A stretch of DNA of 64,000 nucleotides, from positions 124,001 through 188,000 of IMG/VR virus record IMGVR_UViG_3300030098_004828, one strand, 5' to 3'. The position numbers and the translations under genes are program-made. Under the pieces are notes generated by a model, which saw only the letters and a program-made list of their open reading frames with translations, did no database searches and had not been told where the DNA came from. Position 1 is the first letter of the stretch. Every line of letters starts with the position of its first letter. This document shows, in pieces, positions 35,490 to 46,875 of this stretch.

Positions 35490-38400
35490 ATGCATAAGAA
35501 ACCTTATACATATACTCAATCTAATCAAGAACTTATTAAAAGAATTGAATTAGAGAAAGAATTTTCTAAATACATTGCAAAAGATGTAATGGCATCAAGG
35601 TATGGTGTAACTACATATTGTTCTGTAAATAAGTATGATTCCACTCTTTTAAAAAAAGAAATATGTGATTGGCAAAATTTAAAAAAACCTATTCAGTCAA
35701 GAGAATATAGTAATACAGTTTGGGTAAGAAATTTATATTATGATCCTATTCCACAATGGGTGCAATGGGGATCAGAAACACCATGTTGTTCTGGTAATCC
35801 TTGTGAAAGTGAATTTACAGATCCTATAGGAAGTGCAAGTTATATACAATTAGACATTCCTCTTACATATATATTAGATCAAAATTATTTTCCAAATTTT
35901 AGTGGTCAAGCTCAATTATATGCTTTTTCAAGTTCTGATGGTAATAGTCCATGGACAACAGTTGGTAAAGGTACCATTCCTACTAATGCTAGTGGAACTA
36001 ACTTAGGAGGGGCCTTAATAGTTAATATTAATGGAGAATTATTTTATAGATATCAAGTCTATATAGATAATGGTAACCTTCCTGTTAATGGGGCAATTCT
36101 AAATGATCAAATTAAATTTATTTTAATTGATGGAAATCTTAGATTTAATATAACTTTTGCAAATCAAGATTGGCCAACATTTGGAGCTAGTGATCCGGGT
36201 AATAATATAGTTCCTGCTCCTACAGTTGTTGATGGATGTTTTACTTGCTATACTAATATTACAATTAATACAGGTCCTAGTAGCTATTTAATATGTTCTA
36301 CTACAAATCAAGATTGCTGGTATTGTGGTATGATACCAGTTTATCCAGAAAATCCATGTCCTACTAGTGAAGAGGTTGCTGATAATCCAGATCTTTATCC
36401 TGCTTTTATATGTGAAAATGATCAAGAATGTATATATATTGAAGTATATGATCAATACTTTAATCCAATTCCTAATTACCAACTTATTATAGATGGTGAA
36501 CTTATTGGTTATACTAATGAAGATGGAATTTTTAAATTTACAATTCCTCAAGCTTCAACTAATAATTTCCATACAATAAATGATTGTGAATTTTGCTTTT
36601 ATACAACGGGTAGTTGTAATCAACAAAAAATAACTATAAAAATAAATACTGGAGAAGCAAAAGCTCCATGTACAATAAGAGCAATGAAATTAGATTGTAA
36701 AGAAGGTACATATGTTGATGCTACTATTGTTGATGAACCTGTACCAGAAGATGTAAATACAAGTTGGGCATGTGATTCATCTAGTAATACAGGCATATAT
36801 AATGGTTGTGTAGAAATTATTGATAGTGAAGGAGTGTTAGGATATGCTACACAAGAAGAATGTATAGAAAATTGTCAAAGTGTAGAATATACAATATGGA
36901 GATGTACTCCACAAGGTGGTCAAAATGGTGAATGTATTTGTTCACCAACTTATTCAGCAGTTCCAGCAAATCCTCCTATTACTTTTGCTTCTGAAGAAGA
37001 TTGTTATAATTGTGGAGATTGTTGTTGTAATCCACCTCCAGATATGGAAAGAATTTGGACATGTTTTAAAGATACATCAATTCCAATTCCTCAAGGAGCA
37101 GATGATTGTGTGCAAGAATCTTGTATATCACAATTAGTTGAAGGACCTATTAATTGGGATGATATACCACTTGGATTCTATCCAACCTCAGCTAATTGTG
37201 TTAGTGCTGGATGCGGATGTGATGATGATCCCGTAGAAATAATTTCAGCTTATTGCCAAAATGGTGAATGTGTACCAGTACAAGATCCAAGTTTAATTCC
37301 TCCATGGATTGGACTTGATGCACAATTTACTAGTATGGAAAGTTGTGAATCATTGTGTGGATCACGAGGAGGTCAAGCACAAAAATGGGTACCTGAATAT
37401 TATGCACCTGGTGTAATTCTTGATCTGTCTACTGGATCAACCAGTTTTGGTTCAGTAGGTGCAAATTATTTTGATGGTAATGAAGATGGCATGTGTTGTG
37501 TTTTTGAAGGATATGTACCAGAAGATTATAATTACGCACAATTAGAATATTCTGATCAACAATCTTGTGAAGCAGTAATAGGAAGCTGTTTTAGTTCTGG
37601 AGTAACGGATCCATTAACTGAGTTCCCATATATTTGTTTAGAAAGTCAAGGTACTCCACAGGAAGGTTTATTTGTATGGACAGCTGATGTACTTGCAAAC
37701 TTATCCTCATGGGGCGCTGGTGATATGACTTTACAACAAAGATTAGCAGATGATTTCTATTGTAAATATTATGATGGGTTTGATCATTCTGGTTGTAGTG
37801 CTGATGGGGTAGATTGTTCAGGTTGGGATTATCCTGGATCATACAGACAAATGGGAAATCTTAAAGATGCAGATCCTAATAGATTATTTGAAGAAAATAC
37901 TAAATTTGTAATAATACCTATATTCTTTAGCCAAAATGGAAATCCTTGGGATGGTACAATACCGGAATCTTCTGATGTGACGGCATATGGTAATCCTGAT
38001 GCTTATGGAACTGGTGGTAATTATTATCAAATGCATCCACAATCAATGGGTTTTCCTCCAGCAGATTGTAGTTCTTTATATAATACCGGTTCTATATTTG
38101 ATACTGTTGATTATGGAGGTACTAGTGATTATGATGTATATATGAGAAGTGATAATATATCAAGTGGAACTACTGGTGGATTTTATAGTAAACAATGTAA
38201 AATATATCCATTAAATCAAGAACGAAGAAATCAATTAAAAATTTTTACTGGAGCAATAGCTCCAACTTATAATAGTCAATTTTATTATGATGAAGATCCT
38301 ACATTTACTCCGGTTTGTACAGACGGTGATTGTGAACAAATGCAAGGATTAACTCTTGATCCTGAACTTACAGCATTAATTAATAGTACACATGTTAAAA

Positions 38401-38906
38401 ATACTATAGCTACAGAAGCTTCTGATAAAATAGCTGTTAATTATTGGGATTGGGTTTTTCAAGAAAGTACTCAAAATTCAGAAGCACATGGTATAAGAAC
38501 AGGAGGTACTACAAATTTTTATCAACCGCATGCACTTCGTTTTGGACCATTAGATAGTAGTTATTCTGGCGGAACAATAGATGGTATGACAATAAGTGTT
38601 CAAATACATTATGATGCTGTAAATTACAATGATGATGGGACGCTCATGAATCATGCACATAGACCTTCATCATGGACAGGAGCTGATTTTTGGAGAATGG
38701 GTGGACCATATATATGGTTAGCATTTACTCTTGATGAAGGATTTGAAGAAGGGGGTATAGATAATATTGCTAGTATGTTTATAACTAATGTAGCAGTTGA
38801 TATGATATGTAATGGTGAAACCTGTTCAGCATCTGCTGATAAAAGTATAGATTGTGCGTGGGGAGCACCATATCAATATAATATAAACCCAGACCAAACA
38901 TTATAA
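35490..38906 (+). CDS. Large Cys-rich virion protein with tandem small Cys modules
   Basis: About five W/YxC...C...(F/Y)xS/TxExC..C modules at ~36760-37600. Confidence 0.75.
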   Translation: MHKKPYTYTQSNQELIKRIELEKEFSKYIAKDVMASRYGVTTYCSVNKYDSTLLKKEICDWQNLKKPIQSREYSNTVWVRNLYYDPIPQWVQWGSETPCCSGNPCESEFTDPIGSASYIQLDIPLTYILDQNYFPNFSGQAQLYAFSSSDGNSPWTTVGKGTIPTNASGTNLGGALIVNINGELFYRYQVYIDNGNLPVNGAILNDQIKFILIDGNLRFNITFANQDWPTFGASDPGNNIVPAPTVVDGCFTCYTNITINTGPSSYLICSTTNQDCWYCGMIPVYPENPCPTSEEVADNPDLYPAFICENDQECIYIEVYDQYFNPIPNYQLIIDGELIGYTNEDGIFKFTIPQASTNNFHTINDCEFCFYTTGSCNQQKITIKINTGEAKAPCTIRAMKLDCKEGTYVDATIVDEPVPEDVNTSWACDSSSNTGIYNGCVEIIDSEGVLGYATQEECIENCQSVEYTIWRCTPQGGQNGECICSPTYSAVPANPPITFASEEDCYNCGDCCCNPPPDMERIWTCFKDTSIPIPQGADDCVQESCISQLVEGPINWDDIPLGFYPTSANCVSAGCGCDDDPVEIISAYCQNGECVPVQDPSLIPPWIGLDAQFTSMESCESLCGSRGGQAQKWVPEYYAPGVILDLSTGSTSFGSVGANYFDGNEDGMCCVFEGYVPEDYNYAQLEYSDQQSCEAVIGSCFSSGVTDPLTEFPYICLESQGTPQEGLFVWTADVLANLSSWGAGDMTLQQRLADDFYCKYYDGFDHSGCSADGVDCSGWDYPGSYRQMGNLKDADPNRLFEENTKFVIIPIFFSQNGNPWDGTIPESSDVTAYGNPDAYGTGGNYYQMHPQSMGFPPADCSSLYNTGSIFDTVDYGGTSDYDVYMRSDNISSGTTGGFYSKQCKIYPLNQERRNQLKIFTGAIAPTYNSQFYYDEDPTFTPVCTDGDCEQMQGLTLDPELTALINSTHVKNTIATEASDKIAVNYWDWVFQESTQNSEAHGIRTGGTTNFYQPHALRFGPLDSSYSGGTIDGMTISVQIHYDAVNYNDDGTLMNHAHRPSSWTGADFWRMGGPYIWLAFTLDEGFEEGGIDNIASMFITNVAVDMICNGETCSASADKSIDCAWGAPYQYNINPDQTL

Positions 38907-38994
38907 AAAATAATAACTTGGTTGTAAATTAAAAATTTTGTATATTATTATATATAGTGAATATAAAATTTTACAACTGTAAATATAAGATAAT

Positions 38995-41900
38995 ATGATT
39001 CCAAGTACTAATGGAAATTCTGCTCCAAAAGGATGTAACCCAGTTTCTTCTAATTGTGTAATTTGGCAAGGTCCAGATTTACCTTGCATTGATTTATGTA
39101 CAGGAGATAGTATTAGTGCTGTATTAGCAAAACTTTGTGAACAATTAGTTGCAATTCAAACAATTGATGGAAATACTGCTGGAATAGATATAAGCGCCTT
39201 ATCTCCAGGTTGTTTACAAGATGCATATCCAGATATGACTTTTGAAAGTTTAGAAGATTATATTAATGCTCTTGTTTCTTATGTTTGTACTTTAGAAGGT
39301 GAAGGTTTTATAATCACTCCTCCAAAAGCAAAAACACCAATTGTAAAAGTACCAGATTGTTTTGCTAATTCTGTAAAAGTAACGAATGGTAAAAAAATTA
39401 TTAAATCAATAACAAATATAGCAATTGCAAGTACACATAATGTTATTGAACCTTTTGTATTGGCAACTGAATCTCAAATTGAAATATATACTAAATATCT
39501 AAATGGTGAAATTGATGATCCAGGATTTACTTTAAACACAACTATGGAAAAAGTAGATTTTATGGTTCTTAATACTACTAATTCTAGTTTATATACAGTA
39601 AGTTCTGATGCTGGTGCAAATAATAATGTTGCACCTTTTCATGGTGAATATAGTGGTTGGGGAGATCTTATGGGTAAAGCAACATGTGAACTAATTAATT
39701 GTACACAACAATGTTTAACAACTAGTAATCTTATAACAGGTGGTGGTGAAATGCAACCACCAGATGATCCAAAAGAGACACCAACTAAACCCCTTTCTAA
39801 AGCTAATAAGTTGGTGATAGATAGAATGATTAAAAATCAGGTTCAAAAAAGTACAACATCTCTTCCTAAAGTAGTTTCAAAATATGTTTTACCTGATAAA
39901 AAAGCTGTAGCAGTAAATGTATTATTAACTGCTCTTGAAAAAGAATTTGGAATATTAAGAAATATGTCCGGTACTGTATCTGATATGCGAAATGCTATCA
40001 TGAAAGAACCAATGAATTTATCTAATGAAAGCGTTTTAAATGGAAATACTAAAATGGGATTACTTCCAGGATGGTATAAAACTCCTAATAATTTATCACA
40101 ATCAGTGGCAAATGCATGGATGACAATTGCAGATATGAGAAATGCTGTTTCAGATATACAAAAGAATTTCTTTGGAAATACAACATGTCAAGATATTACA
40201 TATGATGTTAAAGGTTCATTAGCAACTACACAAACAGGTGTAGTTACTGGAATAAAATTAGATTTTTCTGGTACAAAAGTAAGATTACCTTTTAAAGATT
40301 GCGGAGCTCAAGGTTGTAAAGTTACAGTAGAAGATACTGATTTTAATAGTATAACAAAATATGTTAATGTTGTTTCTGAATCACAAGCAAAAGGTGGAAC
40401 TAATATATCATTTCAAGGTTCAAATATAAATACAGCAAGTAATTATAAAGTTAGTGTTGATATGTGCTTTACTGATGGTGATTCACAATGTGCTAAATCA
40501 GTTCAATTTAATGTAGAAAATAATCAATCTTGTCCTACAATTACATTTCCTAAAGCAACTAAAGATTCAATTACATTTAAACTTACAGGTGTTAATGGTG
40601 GCGCATATGATTTAACATTAGTTTGTGAAGGTCAAGGAGGTGGTGAGTTTGGTAGAAGAGTTTATGATGCACCTAAAAATATTATAAATGGACAGTTTAC
40701 AGGATTACCAGCAGGTAAAACTTTTAATATATATGCTGAATTAAGATCTAAAGGATCAGGAGTAGTTACAAAATGTCCATCAGTTAGTACAACAACTGTT
40801 ACCCCAGCATGTGTAACATCTAATGTTTTATCTTCAGAATTTAAAACTAAAGCATCTTTATTATCTGGTAAAAGTTTAAATATTGCTTGTTATAATGATT
40901 CAAGTGTAACTTACTCTACTAAAGCAGGATTTGATACAGATGGTAATTTTATAGTGGTAAAATGTAATGATTGTGATAATAAAATAAATTGTGATAAAGG
41001 AGAATCCATAACATCATATGGTAGTTTTATCTCTGATACATCTTCTACATCTTTAGTCATTAAATCAAGATTATTTGCTTCAACAGTTGGTGCTGGTAAG
41101 GAAGATAGTGGATGGAAATATGTAGGTACATTAGTTAATCCTTTTAATACTACTATATATGTATATGCTTTAGTTAATAAAGATAATAATAGCATAGATC
41201 AAGTTGTAGGATCTTGTGATTGTTCATTAAACTTTACAAATGTTAAACCTATGAACTATTGTGTAGATAGTGGTTCCGTTTTATGTAAAGTTAATGTAAT
41301 AGGATTTGAAAGTGAGTTTTCTCAAAATCAAGTTAAAATTACAGGAAATCCTTATAAAGGTACTGTACAATATGATACAGGTTTAAGCACTAAAAATACT
41401 TTAGTATTTACTTATAATAACAATAGTCCTAATGATTGGACATCTGATTCTTTTAAATTTACTGTCAATACTTCTTGTGGTATAAGTTCAGAAATGATAG
41501 TTCCTATAACTAGAGCTGAAAGACAATATTCTACAAGTGATGATATTTATGTTTATGTAAATACAACTACAATGACTTATACTGATGCTGTAGATTTAAA
41601 AGCTACATTTGAAGCTATAAAACTTAAAATGCAAAGTACTTGTATTAATTGGACAGGATCAATTTATTATATACCTGTTGACTCAACAACTGATTCAGGT
41701 GATTATTTAAATTATCCAAAATCATTGATTGATATGAAAGCAGGAGCAAGTGGTAGTATTAGTGTATCATCAGGAACATGGAGCAGTTGGAAATCTATTC
41801 CATCTTATTGGTCATCTGGAAGTAAGGAATCTCCACCAACTTCAGTAACTATAATTGCGTTTACTAACACAACATCTACAAATGCTGGTTATGGATTTAC

Positions 41901-42738
41901 TAATTTATCTGATGGTCTTATAGGACAACCTACACCTGATTATCAAACACAATACGAAGAATTACAAGATCTTTTAACAGGAACTGAAGTTACAGCATGG
42001 GGTACAACAAATAATACTTCATTAAAATACTTTGGAAATGCTGGAATTAGATTTAGCCAAATTCTAATTCCTATTATAGATTCTACAACAGGAGAAAGTG
42101 CAGCATCTGCATTACAAATGCTTGCAGCAATTTATGGTAGAAAATTAAAACTTGCAGAATCTGATGGTCTTAAGGTAGGAGCTGGTAAATATCCTGTAAG
42201 TATAAGTAAATATTTATATGAAAATTCATCTGAAGCAGATGCCCCATATGATATAGTTACATCTAACAATATTACTTTAACAGGATTGTCAAGTTCTAAC
42301 TTTAGCATTGGAACTTGGATAGATGCAGGAGTAACTCTTAGTACAGCTAATATAAGTCTTCAAGCTAATTTAATGGCAGTTTTAGGAATAGATCCTAACT
42401 TATTTGGAACAAACTGTTCAATAACAACAGAATGCTCTAAAAGAATGACTGATGGATCTACAGTTCTTTGGGGATATAGTGCTGTTAATCATGGTACTGC
42501 TTGTACAGTTGCTAATACAGCATCAAATTGTATGGAAATATATCATCCTTCAACTACTGTTCCGTTTACAGGTATATCATATAAATCAGCAGCAGGTGCG
42601 TGTGCTGCAGATGCCAGTGATGAAATAGAAACTGGATATTATGCATTACATGATGGATCAGGAGGTAAAAAATGGGATCAATATACAAAAACTGTAGGAT
42701 GGTCTGGAGTTGCTGGAACAGGTAGTGGAACATGTTAA
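38995..42738 (+). CDS. Large Cys/Thr/Ser-rich fibre-like virion protein
   Basis: SSNCVIWQGPDLPC N-terminal module, FN3-like segment (TGLPAGKTFNI), beta-rich C-terminal domains. Confidence 0.75.
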   Translation: MIPSTNGNSAPKGCNPVSSNCVIWQGPDLPCIDLCTGDSISAVLAKLCEQLVAIQTIDGNTAGIDISALSPGCLQDAYPDMTFESLEDYINALVSYVCTLEGEGFIITPPKAKTPIVKVPDCFANSVKVTNGKKIIKSITNIAIASTHNVIEPFVLATESQIEIYTKYLNGEIDDPGFTLNTTMEKVDFMVLNTTNSSLYTVSSDAGANNNVAPFHGEYSGWGDLMGKATCELINCTQQCLTTSNLITGGGEMQPPDDPKETPTKPLSKANKLVIDRMIKNQVQKSTTSLPKVVSKYVLPDKKAVAVNVLLTALEKEFGILRNMSGTVSDMRNAIMKEPMNLSNESVLNGNTKMGLLPGWYKTPNNLSQSVANAWMTIADMRNAVSDIQKNFFGNTTCQDITYDVKGSLATTQTGVVTGIKLDFSGTKVRLPFKDCGAQGCKVTVEDTDFNSITKYVNVVSESQAKGGTNISFQGSNINTASNYKVSVDMCFTDGDSQCAKSVQFNVENNQSCPTITFPKATKDSITFKLTGVNGGAYDLTLVCEGQGGGEFGRRVYDAPKNIINGQFTGLPAGKTFNIYAELRSKGSGVVTKCPSVSTTTVTPACVTSNVLSSEFKTKASLLSGKSLNIACYNDSSVTYSTKAGFDTDGNFIVVKCNDCDNKINCDKGESITSYGSFISDTSSTSLVIKSRLFASTVGAGKEDSGWKYVGTLVNPFNTTIYVYALVNKDNNSIDQVVGSCDCSLNFTNVKPMNYCVDSGSVLCKVNVIGFESEFSQNQVKITGNPYKGTVQYDTGLSTKNTLVFTYNNNSPNDWTSDSFKFTVNTSCGISSEMIVPITRAERQYSTSDDIYVYVNTTTMTYTDAVDLKATFEAIKLKMQSTCINWTGSIYYIPVDSTTDSGDYLNYPKSLIDMKAGASGSISVSSGTWSSWKSIPSYWSSGSKESPPTSVTIIAFTNTTSTNAGYGFTNLSDGLIGQPTPDYQTQYEELQDLLTGTEVTAWGTTNNTSLKYFGNAGIRFSQILIPIIDSTTGESAASALQMLAAIYGRKLKLAESDGLKVGAGKYPVSISKYLYENSSEADAPYDIVTSNNITLTGLSSSNFSIGTWIDAGVTLSTANISLQANLMAVLGIDPNLFGTNCSITTECSKRMTDGSTVLWGYSAVNHGTACTVANTASNCMEIYHPSTTVPFTGISYKSAAGACAADASDEIETGYYALHDGSGGKKWDQYTKTVGWSGVAGTGSGTC

Positions 42739-42756
42739 TAATTAAAATGTAAAAAA

Positions 42757-43356
42757 ATGAGTGCTTGTAATACATGTGGAAATAATACTTCTTTGCCTTG
42801 TGGATGTGAAGATATAGCTTTAGCTATGAATTGTACAAATCATATAGGTATAAATTGTCCTATTAATGCTAATCAATGTGCTTCTGTAGAATGTGTTGAG
42901 TGTGTTAAAATATGTAATGAAGAAGATATGTGGGTTACAGTTGAAGGTCAATATCCTGTATGGTGGCAACAAGGATGGAGTTTATCACAATTTTTACAAT
43001 CTTTTGCTTTAAGTACAACAATAGGTCAAGCTACTATATATGGTTTTTTTCCTTATTTTTCATGTACTAATGTAACAACTGGAAGTGCTTCATTTGTTTG
43101 GTCATATCTTCAACAAGCTAGTGTATATCCTGCAACAGCTTTTCAACTTGAATGGCAAGACCCTGCTGCACCTGGTGTTTGGAATATAGCAGCCACTATT
43201 CCTTTAACTCAAAATCAGTATACAATAAATGCAGGTAATCTTGGTCTTGTTCCTGGAATGCAATACCTTTTTAGAATGAGAACTGTAGATGCAGGTGGTG
43301 GTTATAATTTAGTGAATACTCAATCTGTTACGTTATATGTGACTATACCAAATTAA
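42757..43356 (+). CDS. Cys-rich protein with C-terminal FN3-like domain
   Basis: Cys-rich N-terminus; W...FQLEW...GLVPGMQYLFRMRT. Confidence 0.7.
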   Translation: MSACNTCGNNTSLPCGCEDIALAMNCTNHIGINCPINANQCASVECVECVKICNEEDMWVTVEGQYPVWWQQGWSLSQFLQSFALSTTIGQATIYGFFPYFSCTNVTTGSASFVWSYLQQASVYPATAFQLEWQDPAAPGVWNIAATIPLTQNQYTINAGNLGLVPGMQYLFRMRTVDAGGGYNLVNTQSVTLYVTIPN

Positions 43357-43406
43357 AAAGCAAAACGTGGAGGTTTTTGTTGGTTTTAACTTCGCAAATT
43401 GCTCTG

Positions 43407-43438
43407 AACCCTAGGTGAAAGCTTAGGGTTCTTTTTTT
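43407..43438 (+). terminator. Intrinsic terminator
   Basis: GAACCCTAGGT-GAAA-GCTTAGGGTTC followed by a T-run. Confidence 0.75.
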
Positions 43439-43487
43439 ATTGCTAATTTTTTTATATATTAGCAGCACTAATTAATATAGCTATCTT

Positions 43488-44696
43488 ATGAATTTAAAAG
43501 AAAAAGTAAAAAATGCTTTAAAATGGAAAAAGAATTCAGAGTATTGTGCAGATAGAATAGGAATAACAGAAGAAGAATTTGATAAAATAAAAAAAGTAAT
43601 ACAAGCAGAAGAAAGAGAAAAAAGAAAAGAAGAAAGAGAAATGGGTTATGCAACAGATGATTGCACATCCTCATATGATATAGAAAGTGGTCAAGGAAAG
43701 ATTACTGGAATATCTCAAACAGAACCTAAATCCCCAGAAGAAATTATAAAAATATTAAATATTGATACAACACAATGGAAGTTATCTCAATATTGGAATA
43801 AACAAATGTCAGATCACTGGCGTATATCAGCTTTAATTACAAAGCTTAAAAATGATGATACTGCTCACATAGAACAATTACTTGAGAACTGGAAACCAAA
43901 AAAATTCTCTCCAGTTAAAAGAATTAAAAGTGAAGGTAAAAAAGATGTATGTGCTGTTTTATCATTACAAGATATTCATTTTGGTAAACAAGGTAATGAA
44001 ACTATAGATAAAGATTTTGAAGAAACTATTATGGATCTTGTAGAAAGAGCACATGCTAGTCATAATCTTAAAAAAATATTTTATGTAGTGGGAGGAGATC
44101 TAATGAATATGGATAGTTGGGCTGGTACTACTACAAGTGGTACTCCATTAGATAATTGCTCTACTGCTACGGAAGCATATACACAAGCATTTGATGCAAT
44201 ATATTGGAGTATAAATTTTATAAAGCAATATTGTGATGATCTGCAAGTAGTATATATACCAGGTAATCATGATAGGTTATCTTCATTCCATTTAACTCAC
44301 GCTTTATCTAGAGCTATAGATGATCCTAATATACTTTGGGATGTAACATATCTTGAAAGAAAAGTATATACATGGGGTGATAACTTTTTTGCTTTTGAAC
44401 ATGGGGATGTAAACACTAAAAATTCACTTTTACTTTATGCTACAGAGTTTCCACAACAATGGGGTATAACTAAAAATAGAACTTTATTTACAGGTCATTT
44501 GCATCATAAAAAGAAAGTAGAATATATTACTACAAATGAACGTACAGGCTTTATGTTAAAGATACTTCCAAGTCTTTCTAGAACAGATTATTGGCATTAT
44601 CATAACAAATTTGTAGGATCTAAAAGATCAGGTGTTATAGAACTTCATGACTATAATAAAGGTAATATATGTGAACTTACTTATTCTCCTGATTAA
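43488..44696 (+). CDS. Calcineurin-like metallophosphoesterase
   Basis: DIH, GD, GNHD, HGD, GHLHH motifs. Confidence 0.85.
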   Translation: MNLKEKVKNALKWKKNSEYCADRIGITEEEFDKIKKVIQAEEREKRKEEREMGYATDDCTSSYDIESGQGKITGISQTEPKSPEEIIKILNIDTTQWKLSQYWNKQMSDHWRISALITKLKNDDTAHIEQLLENWKPKKFSPVKRIKSEGKKDVCAVLSLQDIHFGKQGNETIDKDFEETIMDLVERAHASHNLKKIFYVVGGDLMNMDSWAGTTTSGTPLDNCSTATEAYTQAFDAIYWSINFIKQYCDDLQVVYIPGNHDRLSSFHLTHALSRAIDDPNILWDVTYLERKVYTWGDNFFAFEHGDVNTKNSLLLYATEFPQQWGITKNRTLFTGHLHHKKKVEYITTNERTGFMLKILPSLSRTDYWHYHNKFVGSKRSGVIELHDYNKGNICELTYSPD

Positions 44697-44753
44697 TCTA
44701 TCTGGTTTAAACTTTTATTAATCCCCTTTTTTTTGTAAATTATATTGTATAGT

Positions 44754-45272
44754 ATGATAAGTAATTTTAAAGCTCCAAACCTTAAAGCTCCTAGGTATAG
44801 GGAAAAAGTATTAGGATTATTGAATATTAATCTTATAAACGAGTTTAAAGAAAAATATCCAATATATGCTAATATAGATAAGGATAAGCTTAAAAATATT
44901 GTTAAACTATATAATAAAAAACTTTGGGAGGAAGTTATTAATAATAGATCAGGTGTAGAATTACCTGACTCTCTAGGTTATTTATTTATTGGAACGTGTC
45001 CAACTGCAAAGAGTGTAAATACAAATTATGCATTATCTAAAAAATATGGTAAGGTATTGCAAAATATGAATTTAGACACAGATGGTAAACTTGCTAAAAT
45101 ATTCTATACAAATCTATCAACTAAATATAGATTTAAAAATAGAGAATTATGGCAATTTAAAGCGGTTAGACAATTTAAAAGAACTGTAGCTGAAGTATAC
45201 CCTAAGCAATGGAATAAATACATTGTTATGGAAAATAGAACAAGGGTAGCTGAAATGTATAAAAATAAATAA
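44754..45272 (+). CDS. IHF/HU-like basic protein
   Basis: GVELPDSLGYLFI and FKAVRQFKR; crAss-like position before the ring/muzzle genes. Confidence 0.6.
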   Translation: MISNFKAPNLKAPRYREKVLGLLNINLINEFKEKYPIYANIDKDKLKNIVKLYNKKLWEEVINNRSGVELPDSLGYLFIGTCPTAKSVNTNYALSKKYGKVLQNMNLDTDGKLAKIFYTNLSTKYRFKNRELWQFKAVRQFKRTVAEVYPKQWNKYIVMENRTRVAEMYKNK

Positions 45273-45278
45273 AATACT

Positions 45279-45950
45279 ATGACAACAATAGGAGACGTAG
45301 TATCCAGAGTCAGAAGCCAAATAAAAGCAGAGATTCAAGATGCTTTTGTTACTGACAGATACTTATATAGTTTAATCACAAAGAGTGCTCAACTTCTTAT
45401 GAGACGTCAAGATTCTGCTAATAAATTAAAAAAGTTTAATAGTGTATGGAAAACACTCCCATTTGTAGAATTAGAAGAAGTTGATAAGATAGAAGCTTGT
45501 TGTACAGGTATAGAGAGCGGTATGCTTATTAAGCGTACTAAATTAAAACTTCCAACTTTTATGGAAGGATATTGGGGACCACTTATTAGAACAGTTTCTT
45601 CTATTGATGGAAGTATAGAACTACAAGCAACACAACCTGGTACTTTTACATCAATGACAAAAACAACTTCTTTTAAATATAACAAAACAAAATATTTCTG
45701 GTTTATAGATGGTCATTTATATTTTCCAAATATAGACTGGGATGCTGTAAAAGTTGAAGGTATTTTTCAAGAAGATATTTCTTTATGGTTATGTAATGAT
45801 GAAGATAAATGTGTTCCAAGGTATAGACAAGAATGTAATATACCAGAATTTTTATTTGCAGAAATAGAACAACAAGTATTACAACAATTGATGGCAACTA
45901 TAAATGTTCCACAAGAAGATTCAGATAATAAACAAAATGTAAATAGATAA
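45279..45950 (+). CDS. Tail ring protein
   Basis: YFWFIDGHLYFPN...VEGIF; position. Confidence 0.65.
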   Translation: MTTIGDVVSRVRSQIKAEIQDAFVTDRYLYSLITKSAQLLMRRQDSANKLKKFNSVWKTLPFVELEEVDKIEACCTGIESGMLIKRTKLKLPTFMEGYWGPLIRTVSSIDGSIELQATQPGTFTSMTKTTSFKYNKTKYFWFIDGHLYFPNIDWDAVKVEGIFQEDISLWLCNDEDKCVPRYRQECNIPEFLFAEIEQQVLQQLMATINVPQEDSDNKQNVNR

Positions 45951-46870
45951 TGGGAAATAGTGTATCACAAAAATATAGAACGTTTAATCAATTATTAGAA
46001 GATGTTAGTATTGATTTTTCTGGACATGCTCTAGAAGGAAAAATAGAACCTCAACAACTTATCAAAGTTGCAACTAGGGTTAACTATGATTTAGGATTAA
46101 GAATTCATAGAACTAAAGAATATATATTAGATGTTGAACATAGTAAAGCTAAATTACCTGCAGATTTTGCATATTTAAATTATGCTTGGAGTTGTGGATC
46201 ATATACTGTTAGTCAAACAATGCCTTCAGGAACTCATGTAGATACTACTCAACCTAAATATGTTCCAGCTCCAGATGGAGGAGATACAGGGCCTTGTGAA
46301 GATCCTGGATGTAAAGATGTATGTGTTGTTCAAACTTGTCCCACTAAAAATACAGATGGTACAACAACGTATAATAATGAATACATGGTTGTTCAATATA
46401 TGGGTGCAGAACAATACCGTACATATTCTCAATTTTTTCCTCTTAGAATAAAAGAAACATCTCAAGTTCAATGTGATTGTCCTAACATAGGTATTAAGTC
46501 TGTAGATATTGCAGAAATTAGAGATGGTTTTTTATTTACAAGTTTTGAAACAGGTAAAGTATATTTAAATTATCAAGGAGCTATGGAAGATCATGAAGGT
46601 AATTTATTAGTATTAGATCATCCTTATTGTAATGAATATTATGAATATGCTATAAAAGAAAGAATATTAGAAAATATGATTTGGGATGGAGAAAATGTAT
46701 CTCAACAATTAGGGTTAATACAACAAAAATTAAGAGCTGCTAGAAATAATGCTTTAGGTTTTGTTAATACACCAAACTTTAAAGAATATCAAAAATGGCA
46801 TGAGCTTAATAGAAAAGCTCAATATCATAATTATTATAATATGTTTAAAAGTACTCCAACTATAAGATAA
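45950..46870 (+). CDS. Tail ring/tubular protein
   Basis: KAKLPADF, FLFTSFETGKVYLNY motifs; directly upstream of the muzzle. Confidence 0.65.
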   Translation: MGNSVSQKYRTFNQLLEDVSIDFSGHALEGKIEPQQLIKVATRVNYDLGLRIHRTKEYILDVEHSKAKLPADFAYLNYAWSCGSYTVSQTMPSGTHVDTTQPKYVPAPDGGDTGPCEDPGCKDVCVVQTCPTKNTDGTTTYNNEYMVVQYMGAEQYRTYSQFFPLRIKETSQVQCDCPNIGIKSVDIAEIRDGFLFTSFETGKVYLNYQGAMEDHEGNLLVLDHPYCNEYYEYAIKERILENMIWDGENVSQQLGLIQQKLRAARNNALGFVNTPNFKEYQKWHELNRKAQYHNYYNMFKSTPTIR

Positions 46871-46875
46871 TTATA

